Below, piece by piece: positions 1-6,526 of a stretch of DNA of 27,585 bases. Origin of the DNA: Lactobacillales bacterium (lineage in GTDB: Bacteria > Bacillota > Bacilli > Lactobacillales > Vagococcaceae); the NCBI GenBank assembly GCA_015655485.1, contig JAATEZ010000244.1:1-27585 (forward strand), read 5' to 3'. Every line of letters begins with the position of its first letter. Within the stretch, counting starts at the first letter, position 1. The translations under genes and the position numbers were made by a program. The notes below the pieces were generated by a model that was not told where the DNA came from, made no database searches, and was given only the letters and a program-made list of their open reading frames with translations.

Positions 1-205
1 AAGAAGGCAAGATCAAAGAAGTTTGAATCAAGAAATGAGCCATATATTCCTCTTTATTTGCAGATAAAGAACCACTCACCCGAATCGAACCAACATCAAT
101 AATTTCCTTATTTCTAAGAAGTAAATCACTCTTTAAATTGATTTCCTCATCAAAAAATAAGCTTTCTTCTTTATAACGATTTAATTCCAATAATGACCAT
201 TTCAT
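1..205 (-). CDS. DUF177/YceD-family protein, 5' part only (runs off the window start)
   Basis: Not in the ORF track; translated by hand from the ATG at 205-203: MKWSLLELNRYKEESLFFDEEINLKSDLLLRNKEIIDVGSIRVSGSLSANKEEYMAHFLIQTSLILPS, open to the edge. RBS AGAGGTGA at 218-211. The N-terminus resembles the enterococcal DUF177 proteins I recall. Confidence 0.8.
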   Translation of the reverse strand, partial: MKWSLLELNRYKEESLFFDEEINLKSDLLLRNKEIIDVGSIRVSGSLSANKEEYMAHFLIQTSLILPS

Positions 206-232
206 TTTTATCACCTCTAAGCAACAAGAATT

Positions 233-261
233 ATTATACTAGCCACAGAAATGTTTGTCAA
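233..261 (-). promoter_or_regulatory. Consensus sigma-A promoter for the DUF177 gene
   Basis: The minus strand reads TTGACA (261-256), 17 nt, TATAAT (238-233): a perfect consensus 28 bp upstream of the ATG. Confidence 0.85.
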
Positions 262-341
262 TGAAATTTTCTTGACACCTTTCCATAACATTTTTAGTCA
301 GCTTTTTTTGCTAACTAAAGTCTATTCTATCATTTTTTTAG

Positions 342-369
342 TTGAAAATATACTGATATAGCGTAAAAT
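342..369 (+). promoter_or_regulatory. Putative sigma-A promoter for the ABC ATPase
   Basis: TTGAAA (342-347), 16 nt, TAAAAT (364-369). Confidence 0.4.
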
Positions 370-415
370 AAGAAAAACAGATCAATTACAATGAACTATG
401 GAAATGGGGGAGCGA

Positions 416-1192
416 ATGTTTACTTTTGAAAATGTCGACTTTTTTCGCGATCATTCGACTATTCTTTCGTCGATCAACTGGAAAGTCAATAAAGGTGAAA
501 ATTGGGCGATTTTAGGGCTGAACGGCTCTGGAAAAACTACTTTGCTGCAATTGCTTTGCGGCTACCTGTGGCCGACAAACGGACGGCTCGAGGTCTTAGG
601 CGAGATTTTTGGAAAGACTTCTATCCCTGAACTTCGCACCAAAATCGGCTGGGTCAGTTCTGCCTTGCAGTATCAACTGAAAAATTCAAGCCCGGCTGAA
701 CAAATTGTTCTCAGCGGTAAATATGCCAGCATCGGCCTCTATCATGAAATTCAGCCAAAAGAGCTTTTGCTTGCTAAAGAACTTCTTGCTGAATATGGAG
801 GTGCTGATCTGATTGGCAAAAGATATCAAGTGCTCTCCCAAGGTGAACGTCAGACAGTTCTTATAGCGCGTGCGTTAATGGCCGATCCCGAGCTCCTGAT
901 TCTCGATGAACCTTGTAATGGGTTGGATCTATTTGCCTCTGAAAGACTCTTGCAGCAAATAGAAGTCATTGCCAAATCAGCTAAAGCTCCCACTTTATTA
1001 TATGTGACTCACCATACAGAAGAGATCTTACCTTGTTTTCAACATTTATTGCTATTAAAAGCAGGAGAGATATTTGCTCAGGGTCCGACCAGCCGCTTAA
1101 TGAATACGGAAATACTGAACGCTTTTTATCCACATCCAGTCGAGATTATCCAAAGCCAAATAACTCACCGCCTGACAGTCATCCCCAAATAA
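416..1192 (+). CDS. ABC transporter ATP-binding protein (YlmA/ModF-like), no adjacent permease
   Basis: Walker A GLNGSGKT, signature LSQGE, Walker B LLILDEP, H-loop YVTHH. I prefer the ATG at 416, which follows GGGGGAG, over the track start at 398. Confidence 0.88.
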   Translation: MFTFENVDFFRDHSTILSSINWKVNKGENWAILGLNGSGKTTLLQLLCGYLWPTNGRLEVLGEIFGKTSIPELRTKIGWVSSALQYQLKNSSPAEQIVLSGKYASIGLYHEIQPKELLLAKELLAEYGGADLIGKRYQVLSQGERQTVLIARALMADPELLILDEPCNGLDLFASERLLQQIEVIAKSAKAPTLLYVTHHTEEILPCFQHLLLLKAGEIFAQGPTSRLMNTEILNAFYPHPVEIIQSQITHRLTVIPK

Positions 1193-1196
1193 AAAG

Positions 1197-1448
1197 AAAA
1201 GCTGAATGAACTTTTGTCAGCTTGTGAGCAAAATAGGAACTGGGAACAAAGACGCTCTTTGTCTTTGCGACAAGTGATCTTTTTGCCGAAACAAGCTAGT
1301 TCATGATGCTGGACACTAAAAAGCTGAACAAGCCCGTTCTGACTTAGAGCAATAGAGCGGGGAAAATTTTAGCGGGGAACACACCGCGGATTTTTCTCAG
1401 CTATGACCGATAAGTCAGGCTTGTGATGCTGGACACTGAAAAGCTGAA
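1197..1448. repeat. Array 1 of modular ~121-bp hairpin repeats (module A 1197-1318, module B 1319-1438, third junction ending 1448)
   Basis: AAAAGCTGAA recurs at 1197, 1319 and 1439. The junction TGATGCTGGACACT(A/G)AAAAGCTGAA occurs at 1304-1328 and 1424-1448. Each interior is a long imperfect inverted repeat, and module A recurs nearly identically at 24570. Confidence 0.9.
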
Positions 1449-1489
1449 TAACGATATTGGTCTAGAAAATTAAAGAAAGAAATGAGTTT

Positions 1490-1984
1490 ATGAATGAAAC
1501 AGCCTTTTCAAAGATCTGTTCACTCTTGGATCATTATGATTTTGAATATGAAATTTTTCAACATCAAGATGTTTTCTCTTTTTCTGAAATAACAGGCCGG
1601 TCAACCGATCTGCCTTTCCCGCTTGAAAATCTTTTTAAAACCATTGCTTTTGTCAAGCCGGACAAAACTTATTTATTTGCCGTTCTGCGCGGCAGGGACC
1701 GGATCCTTTATCACAATCTCAGTCTAGCAAGCCGCATCCCCCGCTCCAAGATAAAAAAAGCCGATCCTGTTGAACTGGAAACAAAGTTTGGGTTAATAAC
1801 CGGCACTCTCGCTCCTATCCCATTCTCAACTGAAATTTCAGTGATCATAGATGAAACGATTTTGAAGTCTCAAGAAATATATTGCGGCAGCGGATCGATA
1901 AATAAAACAATCAAAATAAAAAGTTATGACTTACTTTGTCTTCCGCGGGTTTCATTCGCAAATCTTTGCCAATCTTTAAAATAA
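1490..1984 (+). CDS. YbaK/EbsC/ProX-family aminoacyl-tRNA deacylase-like protein
   Basis: 164 aa with LFKT (conserved Lys), 'LFAVLRGRDRI', 'GLITGTLAP' in place of GGxxP, 'VIIDE' and 'IYCGSG': the motif order of the YbaK-like (INS) fold. Confidence 0.8.
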   Translation: MNETAFSKICSLLDHYDFEYEIFQHQDVFSFSEITGRSTDLPFPLENLFKTIAFVKPDKTYLFAVLRGRDRILYHNLSLASRIPRSKIKKADPVELETKFGLITGTLAPIPFSTEISVIIDETILKSQEIYCGSGSINKTIKIKSYDLLCLPRVSFANLCQSLK

Positions 1985-2038
1985 AAAGCAAGCCGGAGCG
2001 TGAGAACCATTTTTTCTCACGACCCGGCTTAGTTTTTT
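1983..2038. terminator. Bidirectional intrinsic terminator between the convergent ybaK-like gene and dnaI
   Basis: AAGCCGG-AG-CGTGAGAA (1990-2006) pairs with TTCTCACG-AC-CCGGCTT (2014-2030), with an A-run on the left and a T-run on the right. Confidence 0.8.
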
Positions 2039-2062
2039 ATGCATTTTAAAAATCGTTTCTGA

Positions 2063-2995
2063 TCAAGCATTTTTACGCCGATTTTTTCCAATCATATTGA
2101 TTTCTTTGGACAAATACCGGATTCGTTCCATGATTCTTTTAGCTTTTAGCGGTTCCTCTTCGCCGCGCTGAGAAACAGTCAGGTGTTCTTCCTCCAACTG
2201 TTTCATACTAAAGTTCGAAGAAAAAAATGTTGGTAATTGTTCCTGCATGCGGTACTGCAGGATGACACCTAAAATATCATCCCGGATCCAGCTGCTCAAT
2301 GAGTCCGCTCCAATATCATCCAACATTAAAATAGGCGATCTTTTAACTGCGTCTAATTTTTCGCCTACATTATCCTGTTTGATCGACTGCTTCATTTCTA
2401 CGGCAAAAGTGGGAAAATGAACTAGCGTTGAAACAAATCCGTCTTTAGCCAGTCTATGTGCGATCGCACCCAAAAGATAGGTCTTTCCGACACCAAATGA
2501 ACCTTGGAGATACAAAGCTTTATGGAATCCCTTGGGGTCATGAGAATAACTATCTATAAAATCCAGCGCTTGCGACAGAGCTTCGCTCCGCTCAGAAGTG
2601 ATCTCAAACTTTTCTAAAGTTGCTTCACGAATATCTTTAGGCATATCCATAGCTTTTACCCGTTCACGAATTTCATCCGCTTCTTTTTTTGCTAATAATG
2701 CCTCAGTTGGAACATAAGTCACATCAATAAAATGAAAATTCAACATCAATTTAGGTTCATAGCCGGGAGCGATCATGGTGGGATCTTTTAGTCGGAATTT
2801 TTTCTTTTCTTGAACAAATTCATATAATTTGGCATAGCTTTTAATGATATCATCATTCGTCAGTTTTTGCCTATTTTCATCAATGAAAAACCGGACATCT
2901 TTATCAGCCAACACTTCTTGGATCAAAGCTTCATACTTAGCGGTCATATCTTTGGATCTTAGAATTTTTGACATTTCCTTTCCCACATCTTCCAT
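2063..2995 (-). CDS. dnaI: Primosomal helicase loader DnaI
   Basis: Walker A GSFGVGKT, Walker B LMLDDIG, 'LQYRMQEQLPTFFSSN'; lies downstream of dnaB and nrdR. Confidence 0.96.
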   Translation of the reverse strand: MEDVGKEMSKILRSKDMTAKYEALIQEVLADKDVRFFIDENRQKLTNDDIIKSYAKLYEFVQEKKKFRLKDPTMIAPGYEPKLMLNFHFIDVTYVPTEALLAKKEADEIRERVKAMDMPKDIREATLEKFEITSERSEALSQALDFIDSYSHDPKGFHKALYLQGSFGVGKTYLLGAIAHRLAKDGFVSTLVHFPTFAVEMKQSIKQDNVGEKLDAVKRSPILMLDDIGADSLSSWIRDDILGVILQYRMQEQLPTFFSSNFSMKQLEEEHLTVSQRGEEEPLKAKRIMERIRYLSKEINMIGKNRRKNA

Positions 2996-2998
2996 CAG

Positions 2999-4414
2999 CT
3001 ATTCACCTTCTTTCATATTATTGGACAGTTTTTTAATTCTTGCTTCAAGTTTCGCTTTTTCGTTTGGAGACAAACTAGATTCTTCTTTCTGAGGATCATT
3101 GGCCCATTCTGGTAATGTTTCTTTACGAATATTTTTAGCGGTTCGTACACGTGACTGCTGTTTTTTTGTATTGCTTTCAGAAGCGGAGACCAATAAATCT
3201 TTGGCTTTTTTCATGGCTCCTTCCGGGGTATAGACTTTATTTTGAGCCCAATCATTCGCTATCGTATTGGCAAAACTTTGGCGGATCGTTGAATTTTCTT
3301 TTCCAACCAGAATATAATGGATCATTACATTGATCACACTATCAGGCAAACCGGATTGTTTGCGAATATTTTCAATGCACCAGCGTTCTTCCGGCGACAC
3401 AAAACCATTCTTCTCTTCTTTGATCTCCCGAAGAAACTCTAAAGGCGCATACTGCTCGCTGACCAAAATCACCTGAACTTCGCCATCTGAAAAGCCTTCA
3501 AGTTTTAAACTATTCTTGCGAAATTGACTTTTCTCAGTTGGAGTTTCCAGCAGCTCGATCTCCTTATCAAGAGCGACTAACTTCTGTGGTTTCTTCTGAT
3601 GATAATCACGAAGAACTTTTCCTTTTAGAGTCTTTTTAGCCACCTTGTTAGTAGCCGTATCAGCACTCTCATTGATATAGCCCAGCATGGCCAGCTCATC
3701 GATATTATATAACTGATGCAGAGAAAAAATCAGTTCTTTCAGTTCGGATTCAATTTGATTTTTGTCTACATATAATCCGTCCAACAACCCCATGAAAAAA
3801 GTCCAGTTAAAACTTTTATCATCCACGACCGGTTGTCTGGGTTCAACTAAATTAAGACTTGATCTGCTGCTTTCTAATATTTTCTCATATTGAGCCAGTT
3901 GAGCCGGCTGAAATTGGAATACATCCAGAAATTTTTTGGTTATCTCTAAAAATTCTTCCGTATTCACTTTGGGATTGGAAAATTTTTCCAGCAGGCTCTG
4001 ATAGCGCCGCTCGCCGACTGCTTCGATTAGAAGAAGCGACAGAATTTCATCTTTAAAAAATGCGGCGGCGCTCAAAGGCGGCTGCAATTCGTACAAAAAC
4101 CACGTTTGATTCCCATTTTTTTGTTTTTCATACGTACGTAATAGGCCGATCCCTTCTAATCTCAAGCGGCCTAAATACAATTTAGGCAGTTCTAAATTAC
4201 AGGAAGTGATCAAGTCCGCATGCAGCATCGCAGCCGTTTCTGATTCAAAATCAGACAACTCGCTCCACATGGTCATATATAAAGAATAAGCTTCTTTTTC
4301 TATAATTGGCTGGTATAAAAAAGTAATCACTTTTTGATCGATATTAGTTAGCGGAGTGGCCATTTTTACACAATAACTGTCTTTAGGATGGATATGATCC
4401 CATGCTGATTCCAA
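2999..4414 (-). CDS. dnaB: Replication initiation/membrane attachment protein DnaB (Firmicute type)
   Basis: 'TFLYQPII', 'LRLEGIGLL', 'YELQPPLS', C-terminal 'IANDW' and 'KETLPEW'. TTG start after AAGGAGG, in nrdR-dnaB-dnaI synteny. Confidence 0.92.
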   Translation of the reverse strand: MESAWDHIHPKDSYCVKMATPLTNIDQKVITFLYQPIIEKEAYSLYMTMWSELSDFESETAAMLHADLITSCNLELPKLYLGRLRLEGIGLLRTYEKQKNGNQTWFLYELQPPLSAAAFFKDEILSLLLIEAVGERRYQSLLEKFSNPKVNTEEFLEITKKFLDVFQFQPAQLAQYEKILESSRSSLNLVEPRQPVVDDKSFNWTFFMGLLDGLYVDKNQIESELKELIFSLHQLYNIDELAMLGYINESADTATNKVAKKTLKGKVLRDYHQKKPQKLVALDKEIELLETPTEKSQFRKNSLKLEGFSDGEVQVILVSEQYAPLEFLREIKEEKNGFVSPEERWCIENIRKQSGLPDSVINVMIHYILVGKENSTIRQSFANTIANDWAQNKVYTPEGAMKKAKDLLVSASESNTKKQQSRVRTAKNIRKETLPEWANDPQKEESSLSPNEKAKLEARIKKLSNNMKEGE

Positions 4415-4444
4415 AAAACGCCGCCTCCTTCTTTATGTATCTGC

Positions 4445-4924
4445 TTACTCATCCTTTTCTTTCTTATCGCCGGCTTTTTCAATGACTTCCTGCAGTTCAT
4501 TTAAAAAAACGGTCATGTCTTTAAATTGACGGTAGACACTGGCAAAACGAATATAGGCGATTTCATCCAAATCAACTAAGTATTCCATGACATACTCGCC
4601 GATGACCGTTGTAGAAACTTCATTTTCGCCGAGACTGCGCACTCTATTTTCCACTTTATCAACGATTTTTTCCATTTGTTCCATGGCAATTGGCCTTTTT
4701 TCAGCAGACCGAATCAGTCCGCGCAAAATTTTATCACGACTAAATTCTTCCCGATCACCGTTTTTCTTAATAACAAGCAGAGGCGTCGCTTCAATTCTTT
4801 CAAAAGTTGTAAATCGATAACCGCAATTTTCACATTCCCTGCGGCGGCGAATAGCCCTGCCTTCATCAGCCGGACGACTATCCACAACTCGAGAATTATT
4901 ATTTTGACATTTTGGACAATGCAC
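4445..4924 (-). CDS. nrdR: Transcriptional repressor NrdR
   Basis: MHCPKC...SRVVDSR...[18 protein letters not shown] zinc ribbon, ATP-cone and '[10 protein letters not shown]'. GTG start. Confidence 0.98.
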   Translation of the reverse strand: MHCPKCQNNNSRVVDSRPADEGRAIRRRRECENCGYRFTTFERIEATPLLVIKKNGDREEFSRDKILRGLIRSAEKRPIAMEQMEKIVDKVENRVRSLGENEVSTTVIGEYVMEYLVDLDEIAYIRFASVYRQFKDMTVFLNELQEVIEKAGDKKEKDE

Positions 4925-4971
4925 GCTACTTCACCTTCTCTATCGCGATTTCCCGCTCTTTTTATAGGCTT

Positions 4972-4980
4972 AGTATAACA
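4972..4980 (-). promoter_or_regulatory. Putative extended -10 promoter upstream of nrdR
   Basis: The minus strand reads TGT-TATACT (TGn plus -10); no good -35 is present. Confidence 0.4.
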
Positions 4981-5051
4981 TGAAATCAAATCAGTTGGTA
5001 GAAATGGTGCTGAATATTCTTTTTTTTCAAATTATGGATGGAATAATTGCT

Positions 5052-5660
5052 TTAATGGATATAATCAAACCGCTGTTGATCCAGCCATTTTTTTACTTGT
5101 TCTTTTGTCTCTTCGATCGAGCCGGAGTTGTCGATCACAAAATCTGCCCGAGCTTTTTTAGCTTCAATCGAAATTTGGCTGTTCATGCGTTTTATAGCAG
5201 CTTTTTTTGAAAGTTTGTTGCGTTCCATCAAGCGTTGTTCCTGTAAAAATTCCGGGAGGTAAACTAACATCACCTGATCTACTTCATCCTGATAATCCGC
5301 TTCGAACAATAACGGAATATCCACCACCACCAATGGAACTGCCTGGCTTTTTTTCTCTTGCACTGCGGTTTTGATCATTTTGCGTATCTCTGCATCTAAA
5401 AGTTCATCAAGAAGAACTCTTTTATCTGCATCTGAAAAAATGAGTTCCCCTAACTTTTTTCGATCTAAAGAACCATCTGAATATAGCACATCTTCACTAA
5501 ACTCTTTGACAATTTTTTTAAGTCCATCGGTATTTGGTTCGACTACTTGTCGTGCGATCAAATCGGAATCAATCACCGGAAAGCCAAATTGTAAAAAAAT
5601 CCGACTAACCGTACTTTTACCAGTGGCTATGCCCCCTGTTAGTCCCAATACATAGGTCAT
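5052..5660 (-). CDS. coaE: Dephospho-CoA kinase
   Basis: 'GLTGGIATGKSTVS', 'LDRKKLG', 'VVDIPLLFE', 'ADFVIDNSG'. Confidence 0.97.
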   Translation of the reverse strand: MTYVLGLTGGIATGKSTVSRIFLQFGFPVIDSDLIARQVVEPNTDGLKKIVKEFSEDVLYSDGSLDRKKLGELIFSDADKRVLLDELLDAEIRKMIKTAVQEKKSQAVPLVVVDIPLLFEADYQDEVDQVMLVYLPEFLQEQRLMERNKLSKKAAIKRMNSQISIEAKKARADFVIDNSGSIEETKEQVKKWLDQQRFDYIH

Positions 5661-5677
5661 TTTACTTGCTCCTTACT

Positions 5678-6502
5678 TTAAAGCTTTTGACAACTTGGAC
5701 AAAAATGAGTTCCGCGTTGTGCGACTTTGATTTTTTCGATCAATGTCCCGCAAACTGGACAAGGCGTCCCTTCTTTTCCATAAACATTTAAAGAAAGCTG
5801 GAATTTTCCGGCTTCTCCAAGTGCATTTAAGTAACTGCGCACAGTTGTACCGCCGGCCGCGACCGCCTGCTGCAGCACAGCTATGATTTGTTTTCTTAAT
5901 AAAACGACTTCGGCTTTCTTCAGGCTGTCCGCCGCTCTTTCCGGATGGATCTTAGCTAAAAACAGTGCTTCATCCACATAGATATTGCCTAGTCCGGCTA
6001 CCAGTGTCTGGTCCAGCAGCAATGGCTTGATGCTCTTATGATGTTTTTTCAGCTCACGCTGAAAAGCAGCCAGTTGAAAAGCGGTCAAAGTCGGCTCTGG
6101 TCCCAATTTTTTCAGCCCTGCATAATGAGAACTGCCGCCCTTTTCCACTAGAGCCATACGACCAAATTTGCGGACATCCTGATACCAAAGTTCGGAACCG
6201 TCAGAAAACTTAAAAACAACATGAGTGTGAGGAGCGATCGGTTCACTAGAAATATGAAATTCATATTTCCCTTCCATTCTCAAATGGGAGATCAATTCAA
6301 AATCAGTTAATTGAAAAATCAAATATTTCCCTCTGCGATCGATATGATTGATCCTTTCGCCTTTTAAGTCAGAGGTAAATTTGATTACGTCCGGCTGCTT
6401 GATGATTTTTGGCCAAAAAACAGAAACTTCTTTGATCGTCTTTCCTAAAACAAGCTGGCTAAGGCCCTTTCTAACAGTCTCAACTTCAGGAAGTTCTGGC
6501 AT
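5678..6502 (-). CDS. mutM: Formamidopyrimidine-DNA glycosylase (Fpg)
   Basis: MPELPEVE N-terminus, 'HLRMEG', 'GLGNIYVDEALF' and a C-terminal CPVC...CPSC zinc finger. Confidence 0.98.
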   Translation of the reverse strand: MPELPEVETVRKGLSQLVLGKTIKEVSVFWPKIIKQPDVIKFTSDLKGERINHIDRRGKYLIFQLTDFELISHLRMEGKYEFHISSEPIAPHTHVVFKFSDGSELWYQDVRKFGRMALVEKGGSSHYAGLKKLGPEPTLTAFQLAAFQRELKKHHKSIKPLLLDQTLVAGLGNIYVDEALFLAKIHPERAADSLKKAEVVLLRKQIIAVLQQAVAAGGTTVRSYLNALGEAGKFQLSLNVYGKEGTPCPVCGTLIEKIKVAQRGTHFCPSCQKL

Positions 6503-6526
6503 TCTCGATTCTCCTTCTCTTTAGAT

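Noticed and set aside
1197-1448. CRISPR array interpretation of the repeat arrays (also 24570-24876)
   Set aside because: The intervening segments are 95-97 bp, self-palindromic, related to each other and reused between loci. The junctions vary, and no cas gene is present.
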